From Eledone cirrhosa (lineage: Eukaryota): DNA of 64,000 nt. Location: assembly GCA_964016885.1 (NCBI GenBank), contig OZ024741.1, forward strand, positions 192,324,001 to 192,388,000. The letters are read 5' to 3'. Below, piece after piece: positions 13,711-28,618 of this stretch (positions within the stretch are counted from its first letter, which is position 1; each line of letters starts with the position of its first letter). A model generated the notes under the pieces. That model did not search any database. It was not told the origin of the DNA and worked only from the letters and a program-made list of their open reading frames with translations. Both the position numbers and the translations under genes were made by a program.

Positions 13711-14164
13711 GTCAATAACGATGTGTGTTTTGATTTATTTACATAAGTAACCATCATCTTCGCCCCAAAATGTAAATTTGTAAAAGGCAGAAAGATAAAA
13801 AAAAAAGCCCAAAACAAAACAAACTATATTGGATTGGAAACATCGGAATTTGTTGTGTTATTAGAATTTACAGTATGTCTAATAATGTTGATATTTAGCA
13901 GTACCACAGTTATAGGTGGACAGGAAGTTTGGTGAATATTGTATTCTGGGATTTGTCATTTGTAAGTTGGGCAAGTTATTAAAATGGATGTAAAAAAATA
14001 TAACCCTCACAAACTATACATACATAACCATCCCATTCTTAGAGGTGTGCTGTAGGGATGTGGTGCATGTATGCATGTGTAGGGATGGGGTGCTTATGTG
14101 TGTGTGTAGGCATCGCAATTTTTCGTTCAGTCTCACTGCAGGGCACCTTGGGTAACAGTTAGAA

Positions 14165-14285
14165 AAGGTACTCAATACATTAGTAGAGCATAAGTATCTT
14201 TATTTTTTTTTGTAGAAACGACTTTTATAGGACTGGAATTGTTTCATTCAAAACAGTCCTAGTCTTGTAGAAGTCATTTCTATAA
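14165..14285 (-). mobile_element. Degenerate P1 fold-back element
   Basis: aggtactcaatac...ggactggaattgtttcattc...aaacagtcctagtcttgtagaag resembles 33900-34050. Confidence 0.65.
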
Positions 14286-15132
14286 TATATATATATATAT
14301 ATCTCAACAGTCGATCGACTTTCATCAAATCGGACCGAGGAAACAGTGTTTCCGTTGGTCTTTCCAATTGCTAATACTGTCTATCAGTTGCAACTCCAGG
14401 TAGAAATATATATATATATATATATATATATCTATATCTATATATATATATATATATAGAGATCATCATCATCGTTACTTTAACGTCCACTTTCCCTGCT
14501 AGCAAGGGTTTAGCAGGTCTTCATAAACAAAAGACAAAATCAATAAGGAAGTTGTGGCTATTGAGACAATGAAAAATGGGTATATTTAGGAAGCCTGGTT
14601 TCTGTTTATCTTGGAACGTTGTTTCAAAATAAACAGTAACCATGAAAGACAATCTTTGATTTCTCTAACATGTCCCCCTATGGCCACCCTTAATAATGGA
14701 TGGTAAATCCGAAATATCTGGACTAATAAATTATCAAAGTATCACTTTTTGCATCCTACCTCACCTCTCTCAATTCCTTTCTGAATTATTGCTCTGGTAT
14801 TTCAAACCAACCTGCATTGTACGGCTTCCTAAAGATACATACTTTTACAGCACTCTCTTATATATACACATATATATATACAAGTGTGTGCATGTGTCTG
14901 TGTGGATGTGGGTGTGTGTCAATAAAAAAAGTACCAGTCTAGTACTGGGGTTGATTCTTCCTCTATATCTCTTTCTCATTTCCGCTCTCTCACTTTCTAT
15001 CTTTCTCTGGAAGAAATATGCTGTACTCAGGCCTGGAGAGGGATGGGCTCCACCAGGTTTTAAATGCCCAAGAAATACCATATGTGAATATGGTGCCCCT
15101 AGGACAACCCCAGGAGTTACGGGACCATACCA

Positions 15133-15210
<78 letters not shown>

Positions 15211-15839
15211 ACTAGAAATTGATTAACATATATATAAACATGAATAATCACAGGAGATAATTTTTACAAGTATGTAACCACACATAGCTAGGTAGGTAAC
15301 TAAATAAATATGGCGCATGCCGTTATGGCATGACACCCATAATTTTGATTTAGATTGAATTCATTTAATTTATCTTAATTTTTGGATATAGATATATATA
15401 TATATTACACACACACACACATATATACATATATATATTTATTTATATAAATAAATATTGGTTGCACCAGGGAGAGTCTGGAAAGTTTCAATTTTGGAGT
15501 GTGATAACATACTTAGTGTAGAGTGTGATAGTTTTCTGAGGAGAACCTGAAAAGCGAGTCTGTGGTACTGCATGTTAAATGTCTATTGTTACTGTTTTAG
15601 TTACTGTGAAATACAAGGATCCATGAAGTCAGTGTTTAATTTCGGTTTTTGTAGTATTAAGTGGATGAGACACGAAACTCCTCCTGGAGAGGATGCTAGC
15701 TTATCATAAATGTCCCTGTTTAGAAAAGTGAAAAGTTCAGTGAAAAGATTGTTTGTATTTGTTTTGTGTAGAAAAGTGGTCATGACATGGTTATGTATAG
15801 AAAAATTTTATTAACTGGCAGAGTTGCTAAAATAAGCAG

Positions 15840-16310
15840 ATAATTGCTATAGCAAAGTTATGCTTGTATATAAATGGTCATAGTTGCTATATCAGAGTCA
15901 CAGTTACCCTAACAAGGTCATAGTTGCTATAACAAGGTCGTAGTTGCTATAACTATGTTATAGTTGCTACAACAGAATTATTATTACTGCAACAGCACCA
16001 CAGACGTTATATCAGACTGGTAATTACTATGATAGGGTCATGCATGTTATAACAGAGTGATAATTGTTATGACAGGGTCATATATGCATAGAAAAGAGGC
16101 ATAGTTCCTATATCAAGGTCAAATTTGCTATAAGCCTATGTTATAAATGGAGAATTATTTTCTACAGAACTGACAAATAGCACAACATTCTATGAAAGGT
16201 CATACATGACAGAATTGGGTAGAAAATATTAGTTAATCCTCTTTCCTGATGACAATGCTCATCTCTTGACAACTATGCTCATCTCTTGACAACTATGCTC
16301 ATCTCTTGAC
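15840..16310. repeat. Degenerate 20-bp minisatellites
   Basis: aacaaggtcatagttgctat-like units (15840-16140) and gacaactatgctcatctctt x3 (16250-16310). Confidence 0.8.
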
Positions 16311-16969
16311 ACCAATAGATCTTCTGTGACAACAGTATTCCCACCCTTTTCTGTTCTGTTCATATTTAATTTAAACCCGAATATTTCCCTCCATCCAAAG
16401 GCCCCAGGCTTCTGTCTTAACACAAGCTGTTCTTTTCCTGAATCCCAACAATTACTTATCTCTGTTGTCCATAGTATTAAGGGAAAGAGCGAAGAATATA
16501 CTTAGGAATAAACTGTCACAGGGAGCTTCACCTGCAGGTGGATTTGAACTCAGTTGTTAACTACACATTGCAGCGCTGAACGTTCTTACAGCTTGGTAGA
16601 CTGTTGACTGTTAAATGTATCATCATTAAAGACACCATGCAATACTGACTATAAGCTATGAATTCTAATTATTCTGGTTAGTTTTCATTTCCCAAACGTT
16701 TCACCACCATGTCTCTTTCCATCTTAGCTCTGACTAGAAATATCTTTAAACAAATCTAAAAAATATCAGCCATTAAGCTGGTCCATATAACTTCAATAAA
16801 CCCACCATTACTTCTTTATAAAAAATTTTAATAAAACTAGAAAATACTGCCTTACTTTGGCACAAACTTCTATTATTTTCAGGTGGATGACAGTGGAATC
16901 AGAAGAATGGAGTCTAAATGCCTGCTAGTATTTAACAAAATCTCTGTAAAAAAAAAAAAGTGATGATAA

Positions 16970-17410
16970 TAATTGTTTCTACATTTGGCACAAGGCCAGC
17001 AATTTAAAAGGAAGAGGAAAGTTAGTTAAATCAACCCTAGTGCATTACTGGTACTTTATTTTATTGATCCTGTAAAGATGAAAGGCAAAGCTAATCCCGG
17101 TAAGATTTGAACTGAGGACGTAAAGGGCCATAACTATATGCCTCAAAGCATTCAGTGCATTACCGATATTTCCAATCCACCTACCCTGATAATAATAATA
17201 ATGCTTTCTGATTTAGGCACAAAGCCAACAATTTTCGAGGTGGGGAAAATCAATTAAATCGATCCCAGTGCATTACTGGTGTATTACTTTATTGATTTCG
17301 TAAGGCAAAGCTGACTTCAGCAGATTTGAACTAAGAACATAAAGGGACATAACTATATGCTTCAAAACATGTTATCTGATGCTTTACTCATTCTGCTAAT
17401 CCATCTGTCC
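16970..17410 (-). mobile_element. Two tandem main-family SINEs
   Basis: Each has the tail, core and B box on the minus strand; separated by (TAA)n. Confidence 0.82.
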
Positions 17411-17464
<54 letters not shown>

Positions 17465-18153
17465 CTTTATTAACCACAAGGGTTGACACAAAGTATAACA
17501 TTAAGGACAACACAGGGCATTTTTGCGTGTAAAAAAACAAAAACAGAGTGTGACAAAAGGAAACAATGAAAAATTCCCAATAGGGGGGAGACCTCCGAGA
17601 GTTGCTCGTAGAGAAAGCCCAGAAGAAAAGCCACGGTTACCCTGACCGTTAGGGCAAATGCCCTCTTCCAGTTTTCCTCCTACAATGCTACAGGCGCACA
17701 CTCAGGGTAGACCCATTCACACGGGCCATTCTTGCCTCTCTCACCCACCTTTCAACAAACTGGCTGGAGGTCAGCACTTCCCTCTCCACCCTGATTTTCT
17801 TCTTCAGGTGAAACCTGAAAAAGTTAATGAGGGCGTCACCGAAGAGGAAATTGCCTGCCCTTCTCGGCTAAAGGAAGGTGGTGGGGAAATCTTCGCGATG
17901 GACTCAGCTGATAGCCGGATCCGTTCTACACGTGACAGCAGGTGTTCGGCATAAACCCACAAATCAGCAATGCTCAGACACTGGACGAGTGCGTGCAGGA
18001 CGGTTTCATCACCCTGTGTGCATCTCGGACAGGCTCGGCTGACGGCACTTCCATGCCTGTAGAATTTATCCCGAACTGGCAAGGCTCCTCGGTAGCACTG
18101 CCAGGCCAGGGATTTCTGGAAGTTGTCCATGGGCCCCGGCCCGAAAGTTCTCC
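17411..18153 (-). mobile_element. Tx1-like LINE 3' fragment
   Basis: GRTFGPGPMDNFQKSLAWQCYRGALPVRDK...CPRCTQGDETVLHALVQC; homologous to 3180-3930. Confidence 0.88.
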
Positions 18154-18176
18154 CAATAATAATAATAATAATAATA

Positions 18177-18885
18177 AAAGCTACAGAAGGAATGCTAATG
18201 GCTGCACAAGAGCAGGCCGTCAGAATGAAGTGGGTGAAACACCATATTGACAAGGAGGAGGCTAGCTCTCTGTGTAGGATCTGTGGAGAGAGAGAGGAGA
18301 CCGTGGCTCAAATTGTATCTGAGTCTAAACACCTAGCCCAGACTCACTATAAAGGCTGCAGACATGATATGATAGGAAAAGTGATTCACTGGCATCTATG
18401 CAAACTAAACAATTTACCACATTCTGAGAAGTGGTATGAGCATAAGCCAGAGTCGGTGATGGAAAACGATCAAGTGAAGGTGCTATGGGATTTCAGGATA
18501 CAGACAGACAAGAAATTAGAACACATTAGGCCTGACCTGGTGGTTTTTGACAAGGAAAGCAATCGTGCCTGATTGTAGATGTAGCCTGCCCATTTGACAC
18601 GAGAATGCAAGAAAAGGAGAAGGAGAAAATTAACTGATACCAGGATTTAAAGTGGGAGTTAAAAAGGATTTGGGACTGTCATGAGATGAAGGCCGTCTCG
18701 ATTATCATAGGTGCACTAGGTACTATCTCAAAGAGTTTCCAAGGAGGGTTAAAGAAGAGTAGTCCAGCCCCGTTTTTTGGAACACTTCAAAAGGCATGCT
18801 TGCTGGGAACAGCAAAACCCTCCGATACATCATGAATAACTGAGGCTGCAGTTAAATAACATCAATGACTGAGACTCAAAGAATA
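18177..18885 (+). mobile_element. LINE family B 3' fragment (CCHC + RLE)
   Basis: AAQEQ, CRICG, RHD, LWDF and RPDLVV motifs. Confidence 0.9.
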
Positions 18886-18924
18886 GTAGTAATAGTAATA
18901 ATAACAATAATAATAATAATAAAA

Positions 18925-19912
18925 CCGACAGCCATGTTCAATGACTGCTTGATGTCAGGTGAGGTACCAGAGTGGTTGACAAAAGGTAGCACAGTTCTGG
19001 TAATGAAAGACCGAATCAAGGGTAATGAGGTTACCAACTATAGGCCTATCACATGTCTGTCCGTAATGTGGAAACTGTTAACAAGCATTGTGTCTGAGAA
19101 AATCTACCATCACCCCCCACATAAACAACTTATTGCCTGACAAACAGAAAGGATGCCGAAAGAAGTCCCGTGGTACAAAAGACCAGTTGCTTAATGATAA
19201 GATGGTAATAAGGGATTGCAAGAGGAGGTATACTGGTCTTGCCATGGGATGGATAGATTACAAGAAGGCATTCGACATGGTTCCTCATTCTTGGATAACC
19301 AAAAGCCTAGAGATCTTCAAGGTGGCAGACAACACCAGAGAGATATTAAGTAATAGTACGAAGTCCTGGGAAACACAGCTAACATCAGGTGGAGGAGTGA
19401 AAATCAAGAAAGGTATCTTCCAAGGATAGTTTGTCCCCTTTGTTGTTTGTCCTTGCCCTGATACCCCTGTCCGTCATATTGTGAAAAGTGAGAGCAGGAT
19501 ACAAGCTGGGAAGAGGAGAGCTTACCATCAACCACCTTCTCTTCATGGATGATCTAAAACTCTTTTGGAAAGGTGAGAAGGAGTTGGATGTATTTGTTAA
19601 CACTGTCCATATTTTCAGCAATGATATATATATGGAATTTGGTGTTAATAAGTGTGGAGTCCTAGTGATGAAGAGGGGTAAATTTAGCAGAAGCAACGGA
19701 ATCCAGGTACCAACAGGTGAGATGATAAAAGAAATTGACACTGAAGAGGGATACAAATATCTAGGTGTTCTGGAGGCAGATGATACCAAGAAAAATAAAA
19801 TGAAGGAATTGATAAGATCTGAGTACATAAGGAGAGTAAGGAGCGTATTAAAATCACATCTAAATAGTAGGAATGTCATAAGTGCAGTAAATTCCCGAGC
19901 TGTATCTACTAT
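18925..19912 (+). mobile_element. LINE family B RT fragment
   Basis: [30 protein letters not shown] and YKYLG motifs. Confidence 0.9.
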
Positions 19913-20054
19913 TAGGTTCAGTGTGGTGGTTTTTCTGCTAGTCATAATAATAATAATAATAATAATATCCTGTGGAATGTAATGTCTGTCTGAGGTTACA
20001 TAATTCAATAAGGAGTCAAATAAATGATCCAGTGTTAATAAGATCATCACTGTA

Positions 20055-20695
20055 CAACTGAATATGAATAATAATAATGGTTTTTAATTTAGGAACAAGT
20101 ACATTAATTTGAAGTGAAAGTTATTTGACTGGTATTTTAATTTTTATCTGGGTTTGATAAAGTATAAAATCATTTAAGTACTTGGTTGATATAAACAACT
20201 TATCTTTCCCCTCCAAAATTGCTGACCTTGTGCCAAAAGTAGGGCGGGTGAATTGGCAATGTCAGTAAAGCACTGCACAAACATGCTTTGAGATATATAG
20301 TTACACTCTTTACATTCTGAGTTCAAATCCAGCCAAGGTTAGCTTTGCCTTCTAACCTTCTAGGGTTGATAAAATAAAGGTCCTGTAACACACTGGTGTC
20401 AATTTAATCGATTTTCCTCTTCCTCTTCAAATTGCTGGTCTTGTGCCTAAATCAGAAACAATTATTTTTATCATTAGGATGACAGTTGAGTGATAGAATC
20501 AGTAGAGTACCAAACTAAATGATTTGTAGTATTTAGTTACATCCATCTATGTTGTAAGTTCAAATCTCACTGAAGTCTACTTTATCATTTCCCCTTCTGG
20601 GAGCTCAGTAAAATATGTAACTGTCATACACTAGAGTAAGATACAATTACATCTCTACACCCCAACCACTAAGTATTAAGCCTTGTGTCTAGGAT
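20055..20695 (+). mobile_element. Cluster of three increasingly degenerate SINEs
   Basis: B boxes near 20320 and 20557; tails of the form ccttgtgcc..agaaac. Confidence 0.7.
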
Positions 20696-21182
20696 AAAAT
20701 GTCCTAAAATATTGAATGATATGAAACAAGACAAGCTAACTATTCCATCAACAATGCACTGGCCACAACCTACTTATCTGTCCTGAAATGAAAATATGAA
20801 ATAGGAAGCACATCTGATGGAGAGGGGTGTGAAAAGCAACAACAGTTGCTGTTACTTGGTGTTAAATGGGGTCAGATGGCAGATGACAATTGATGGGGTT
20901 AAATGGGATCTAATTAGGTGAGCAGAGTAATTAGATGGAATAAAAAGGGTTAAGAAAAATTATTTAATGGGTATATAAGGGATTGAATAAGACATCAGAT
21001 GGGGATAAATATTAGTTTCAGATATAAAATAATAATTTTGTTATATTAAAGGGTTAAGAAAATATATTGATCAAATTATATATTTTTCATTTGTCAAATT
21101 AACAACATAGCTATCAGTATAGATAAATAATTACATTCCCTATGTACATGCATATATAAATATATATAGACAAATGTATGTA

Positions 21183-21258
<76 letters not shown>

Positions 21259-21698
21259 CATGCGTGTGTGTATGTGAGTAATTACACATACATATTGCAC
21301 TATATATATGTGTGAGTGTGTATATGTATATATATATGTGTGTGTATGTAATTACACATACATATTGCACTATATATATGTGTGAGTGTGTATATGTATA
21401 TATATATGTGTGTGTGTGTATGTAATTACACATACATATTGCACTATATATGTATGTATATACACACATGTGTGTGTGTGTGTGTGTGTCTGTGAGTCTG
21501 TATGCATGTCCATCTAAGTTTTCAATAGTGTGGCAACAAATGCCATGGTAACTACAATGACAATCACCATAGCAGTGACAAATTGTATGATTACTATAGC
21601 AGCAATTGCTATAGCAACTGGACTGTCATGATAAATGATTACACCTCTTAGCAAACAAGTGAGACAACTAGCTATTACTAGCTAATGTATATATATAA

Positions 21699-21754
<56 letters not shown>

Positions 21755-21781
21755 GTATATGTGTGTATATATATGTATATA

Positions 21782-21831
<50 letters not shown>

Positions 21832-22184
21832 TATATTTAATACATTAACAGAAAAAGCTTTAAGCCATACTCCGACCGACTTCCGTCTCACTCAACAAAC
21901 ATTAGGATATACCTTAGTATAAACCCAATTATACGTTTGGGGTGCTAACTATATGTATTTTGCGGATAGCCAGTTGTATTATTGTATATGAGACATAATT
22001 AAATACATCCCTCTTTCAAACGATCGTTTCATTATAAGTTTTTTGCAAGTTGGGAAAATAATGTCCACGTTATGTAGAAGCCTACACATAGTCCATAGGA
22101 ATATATGCAGGTGGGCACTTATAAATCATCAGTGGATGCCCAACAATATCGATATATAAATATATATATACTGTTGTGGAACTA

Positions 22185-22224
<40 letters not shown>

Positions 22225-22919
22225 TCAGATTAGGACTTTTCAAGTCATGATTTCCCCTCCTTTAATTCCTGGATAGTATATAGGCAACTGAGGATAGGAT
22301 AGTATATTTTTTAGAGCTACTTCATATTCCAAAGTGACCATGAAAGTAAATATCTCTACAATATATTGTCAAGATTCTTACTGCAGCAATCATATTATCC
22401 TTAACCCTTTCATGATAATATTTATATAATGAAATACATTCTATTTCAATTAATTAATGAAGAACTTAGGGATTTATCAAAATTATTAATTTTGATAAAT
22501 ATGGCTCTCATAAAAAAAAAAAATATGTTGGAAGATTTTAATATAAATAGGAACCATTTAACATGGGTGGTTTTGGATCATAAAATCAGAGCCAATTTTT
22601 GGCTGGATTGGTTTCAAAAGGGTTAACACGACATTTCCATTAGATTGGAAAGAAGCCCAATTTTTCGAACTGGCACTGACACCAGGATATTAATAATAGT
22701 AATTGTTCAGTTTTTGCTTAACTACAGAGTAGACACCTGTGATCAATAGCTTTAAGCATGACCACAAATTTTCAGGCATAATGTATCTATGATTATATTA
22801 CCCAATGTGTCTTTCCTTTCTTTAGACAGTAGATTATGGTTTGTCGGTGATTTAGCTGCTGTTTCTTGCAAGACAAACGACCACATGACACTCCCTCAAT
22901 ATTACTGTTTATTGTGAAG

Positions 22920-23220
22920 GCATGTAACTTAGAGGTTAAGGGTATATGGATCATGATCATAAGATCATGGGTTTAATTCCTTGCAATCCCATGTATCCTT
23001 GAACAATACACTTTACCTTGTGTTGCTCCAGTCAGTTCCACTGGCAAAAATGAGTTGTACCTGTAATTCAAAGGTTCAGCAATGTCATACACTGTGTTAT
23101 GCTGAATTTCCCTGAGAACTACGTTAAATGTACATGTTGTGTCTGTAGAATGCTCAGCCATTTGCAAGTTAATTTCATGAGCAGACTGTTTTGTTGTTCA
23201 TACAATTAGAACACTTGTTG
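22920..23220 (+). mobile_element. Second SINE family copy
   Basis: Shares ccctgagaactac.ttaa and atgctcagcca.ttgc with 12120-12450. Confidence 0.65.
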
Positions 23221-23409
23221 TCAGGGCTGTCGTTGTTGTTTAATCACACATTTGCCATGTTAAGCAATCCGATCACCATAGGCATTCCAGACGTGACAAA
23301 CCCATTCTATTGGCATATCAGTTTCTTTTCTTTGTTTTAAATGGTATATTAAATAAAATTTTGCTGCTTTTTCTAGCATGTCAAGCAACCACATAATGGT
23401 TCCTTACTA

Positions 23410-23930
23410 GTAATTAGTTGCTGTGATCAGTAATTAATTATAACAACTAATTACTAATAATAAGTTGATATAATTGGTTATGATCAATAATTAGTTGTTA
23501 TGATTGCTAATTAGTTATTATGATTGTTAATTAGTTGCTATGTTGGTAATTAGTAGCTATGGTTGGTAATTAGTTGTTATGGTTGCTAATTAGTAGCTAT
23601 GATTGGTAATTAGTAACTATTGTTGCTAATTAGTTGCTATGGTTGCTAATTAGTAGCTATGATTAGTAATTAGTAGCTATGATTGGTAATTAGTTGCTAT
23701 AGTTGGTAATTAGTTGTTACAGTTGGTAATTAGTAATTAGTTATTATGGTTGGTAATTAGTAGCTTTGATTAGTCATTAGTTGTTATGATTGGTAATCTG
23801 TGAAATGATCAGTAATTAGTAGCTGCAATTAATAATTAGCAGCTATAATCAGTTATGATGTTATGATAGTATGTAATGATAGTAATTAGTTAATCTGACA
23901 GCTAATAAGGTAGAATCAGTAATTAGTTGC
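23410..23930. repeat. 20-bp minisatellite (taattagtagctatgattgg-like)
   Basis: About 20 degenerate tandem units. Confidence 0.88.
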
Positions 23931-24847
23931 TTTGACCATATGGGATGGATCACTACTTTTACTGTCGTTGGATTTCAATATGTATCTGTTGAGACTTGGG
24001 GCCAAATACTTTAAAAAAGCCATCATTAAAAAATCTACCACATAAGCCAAGAAGTTAATAAAACTTCCCTGAAAGTCACACAACATTCATATTGTACCCC
24101 TGAATGGATAATTTAAAAGACTATACGGTCTTTGTTTGTGTGCTTAGGGGATAAGGTACTAGACTCTTTGGTCATGTGTTTAAATTTCACTTCATGGTAT
24201 TAGTATTTTGTTGTAACATTTTACATTGTTTAAGTCCAGTGTAATGCTATAATATTTATACATTATATTATTATATGTAATATTATATATAATATATATA
24301 TTTATACATTATATACAATATTATCTATGATATTTATATATTATATATAATATTCATATATTATACTTTTCACATATAGTATCATATATGAAATTCATAC
24401 ATTATATGTATTGTGATTTCAGTCTAAAATTTTATTCCTGTAGGCTTCATATGTTTCCCACATACAGAAAACAAATAAACCATATGGGATCCAAAGAAAA
24501 AAAACCCCACTTCACAAAGAATTAATATCTGTACTCTCTGTGTGGTCTCGACCTTTGTATTGGTAAACTGACCAGATAATAAATGGAGAATAAATTTAAA
24601 TTTAAATCTAAATTAAAATAAAATAAAAAAACAGGTCAAAATACAAATACATATTGAGTGAATAACTATTAGAAGAACATAACTGGATTTCCATAGATTA
24701 AATAATTATTTACATAATATAATTTATATTAAATGCACACATACTAAAAGTATACCGTCACATATTGCTTTGATGTCCTTCTTTTGTAACTGTAAAGCAT
24801 TTGTTTTTTTCAACCAAAGTTGTATATATATATATATATATATACAT

Positions 24848-25980
24848 ATCATCATCATCGTTTAACGTCCATCTTCCCCGTTAGCATGGGTTAGACGGTT
24901 TTGTTCCATTTGATACAGGAATGGTTGGGAGACTATGTCTCACTCGCTCTGAAGCATCTCTGGCAGGTTTTTACAGCTGGATGCCCTTCTTAACACCAAC
25001 CACATTTACAGTGTGTGTGTATATATATATATGGGATAACAAATTATCGTTATAGGTAATCCAGCTAGAGGTTGTGAGTACTCTGTATTGTGGATAGTTT
25101 TAACATACAGCGTTGTTTGACTCAACAAGAGTTTCCTTAGTTAGGTGGTGAGTTTACGGGAATTCCTATGCAGGTTAATCTTGGAGTAATAATAGTGAAA
25201 GGGTGAAGAATAACATGGTCAACAGTACACAAAGGGTTTTATTTACAGTATTATTCTTCACTCTTTCACTATATATATATATATATAAATTTTAGTACAG
25301 CATTGACGAAGCTTTAGAATATGACCAAGCTAGCGTTTATGCATAATCGGTCTGTAGCTTGAGCACTCGGATGAGGAAAGACCCCAGAGTAATAACATTA
25401 CGTTCAGACAGCTTAGCAAATCAGATATAGCGGTCGGCAGTCAGCCGCACTACTAGAGCAACGAAAATACAGGACCCAGGAAGTGAAAGAGTGAAGAATA
25501 ACATGGTCAGCTGTACAAAAGGGGTTTTATTTATAGTATTAACAATTGTTTCATTGATCAGGTGAGTCTAAAGGCTGCTAATCACTCGAAGTTGTGTCAC
25601 TCGACCTTAAACCGACCTGATCAATGAAACAATTGTTAATACTATAAATAAAACCCCTTTTGTACTGTTGACCATGTTATTCTTCACTCTTTCACTATTA
25701 TTACTCCAAGAATAACCTGCATGGGAATTCTCGCGAACTTGCTACCTAACTATGGAAACCTCTTGTTGAGTCAAACAACGCTGTATGTTAAACCTATCCA
25801 CAATACAGAGTACTCACAAACTCTAACTGGATTACCTATAACGATAATTTGTTATACCATATATATATATACATATATAGGAAAATGTTTGACATTTGCC
25901 TATTACCCACTCTACTACCCTAAGTATTGAGTACTCTAGTGCGTTATGGTCCACCTGGTTCCTTACCACACTTCCTTCGT

Positions 25981-26013
<33 letters not shown>

Positions 26014-26185
26014 TGTAAATGTGGTTGGTTTTAGGAAGGGCATCCAGCTCTAAAAAAACCTGCCAGAGACGCTTCGGTGCAAGCAAGACATGATCTCCCA
26101 ACCATTCCTGCATCAAATGGAACAAAACCGTCTAACCCATGCTAACGTAGGAGATGGGCGTTAAATGATGATGATGATGATGATA
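24848..26185. repeat. Nested inverted duplication of an RTE-tail fragment plus a PLE-like terminal repeat (family P4)
   Basis: 24848-25012 is the inverse of 26008-26185; 25033-25250 is the inverse of about 25640-25858; inner inverted repeat at 25482-25563/25614-25697 with gaaacaattgtt. Confidence 0.82.
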
Positions 26186-26331
26186 TGTATGTATGTATAT
26201 ATATATATATATATATAGTTGACAAATACAGAGATACAAATACAATTAGTGTTATTAGCTTCACACTTTGGATGAAAGAGAGAAAATTTCAACCTATCGA
26301 ACGTTATTCCTTTGGCAAGTGAATACAAATA

Positions 26332-26627
26332 TGAGGGTAATCCCAAAATTAAGGTCTCCAAAGCGATAGGGGACACAGAGAAACTGTTCATACGGCTGTT
26401 GGCAACACTGTTGTGATTGGTGCTTCCTTCACTCCCAAACAAGCATGTGCGCGCTTCGCTGGGATGCTCAATCTTGGCTTGGCAGCCGTTGAGAATGGAG
26501 TTCCCGTTGAACGCTGAATGCTCTCTGCAGCTGAATGCTTCCTGAGGTTTCCCGAAGCACCATCCACAGGATTTTAATGGAAAAGTTGCAATATCGGAAG
26601 GCGACCTTACTTTTGGGATTGCCCTCG
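26332..26627 (+). mobile_element. Tc1/mariner-type MITE
   Basis: TIRs tgagggtaatcccaaaattaaggtc / gaccttacttttgggattgccctcg, flanked by TA. Confidence 0.82.
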
Positions 26628-27672
26628 TAGATAGATTAGAAAATAAAAAAAATAGAAAAAGAGCGACATATTAGTGTTATATAAGTGGAATAGTCTATAC
26701 ATTGTTCAAGATGGTATCTAAGGGTGCCTGACTGTATTAACATTGTGTTTGAGTGTTGTTTGTCTGTGTATGTATCAAATATAGAAGAAATTATTAGTGA
26801 CAAATGTGTATTTATTCATTAAAAAAACTAAATTCAAGGTGGTCAGCTGAAGTTGAAATAAACAAAAAAATTGGTTAAATTGTCATAGCAACAACACTAT
26901 AGAGCACTACATGAGAAATGTGTGTTTATATGTGCTGATATGGGTATGTTTATGTGTACTTTTCTACATATTTATCTATTAATAAGTATGTTAAAGTTTA
27001 TATTGTATAGCTCGAGAGTGGAGCTAGTATATTGCAGGAAAAGATTTGGGTCTCAACATAGCTGAGGAACAAGTTGGAATAGGTGGGATTCATTCTTATG
27101 CCCATTTATATATATCTATATCTATATATATATATATATATTCTGTTCTAACATTGTTCACTTTCCCCTATTTTTCTGTTTCTTTAATTTCTCATTCTAT
27201 TTTCTGATAAAGGACTAGCATCCAAAATGTCAAGACCTTTATTAAGCATGAAACTAATATATATATCTTCATTGAACCGCATTGGTTGTTGTGTTTTTCT
27301 GTTTACTTTTTGCATATATATATGTATTCTTTTACTGGTTTCCAGTAAAAGAATAAAAGAAAATATATATGCATATACATTGGTGTTTAGCCCCTAATAA
27401 TTATAACAGTTAGTTAGTCATATACTATCGCTGAAATTGCATTAACCTCTACTGGACAGCTGAAGAAAGGATATTTATGTTTGCTAGTATTGCTTATGTT
27501 CCTTGTTATTTAATACAATTTGAATACTAACTCATCCAGAAATTGTCCTTTGTATATATATATATATATGAAAAACAAGGGGAGAGGAATACTGCGTGGT
27601 TGCACATGGATTACATATTATAAAATTAGTCCCTCATCAGTCATTTGCCAACCATCATTGGTATTTCATCGC

Positions 27673-27714
<42 letters not shown>

Positions 27715-27715
27715 T

Positions 27716-27834
27716 AGCGAGGTTTTTTATATGAAATCGTGTGTCGAAACAAATATTGTTATACTTGGGGAGGGTCATATTTGTGTAATATTAATTCTGG
27801 CAATATTACACAAATATGACCCTCCCCAAGTATA

Positions 27835-27838
<4 letters not shown>
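27716..27838 (-). mobile_element. Short fold-back of the family P5 terminal region
   Basis: tatacttggggagggtcatatttgtgtaatatt is inverted about 10 bp later; matches 31180-31258. Confidence 0.8.
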
Positions 27839-27871
<33 letters not shown>

Positions 27872-28129
27872 TTACACACATGCACATACATATATATATA
27901 TATAAAGCCTTTCATTCATTTGACATTACAGTGAGTCCAGAAAAAAGCAGAGGCTACATTTGCTACTAAACATCTTGAAGATGTTTCCAATAAACAGCTG
28001 TAAAGATATCTTCAAAATAAAGTTCGGAATTTAACGATCTATACAACAAGCTTACATGAGAAATGTATGTAAAAATGTAATTTTACTTGATGTGATTAAG
28101 AAGTCTTATGTATTATATGTTATATCATA

Positions 28130-28618
28130 AAAAGGTTCAGAGCACTAGAAGTTGATGGAAACCGCGGAGTGGGGAGACCCAAGATGACCTGGGATGAGGT
28201 GATAAAAGCCGACCTTACCCAATTACACCTCTCAAAGACAATGACACACGACCGTGACTTCTGGCGTCACACAGTAATACAGAGTACCCGACCTCCCATG
28301 GGTATATGCTGAAGCATATAAACAATATGCCCCCCCCCCCCACCGCAAGATGGTCGTGGAGGTGCCACGGCAAAAAAGCACCCAGCCCACACTGTAAAGT
28401 GGACGTGTAGGCGCCACAAAAAAGCACCCAGCACTCACTGTAAATGAGGTTGGTGTTAGGAAGGGCATCCAGCTGTAGAAATCAAGCCAGATCAGTTCCT
28501 GTATGAGCAAGGCATGGTCAGCCGACCAGACACTGCACACAACAGGACAACCCGTCTAACCCATGCTAGCGTGGAAGAACGGACGTAAAACGGTGATGAT
28601 GATGATGATGATGATGAT
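28130..28618 (+). mobile_element. RTE-clade LINE 3' end
   Basis: Translates as ALEVDGNRGVGRPKMTWDEVIKADL...HDRDFWR (RTE-type C-terminus), followed by 3' UTR and (GAT)n tail. Confidence 0.82.
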
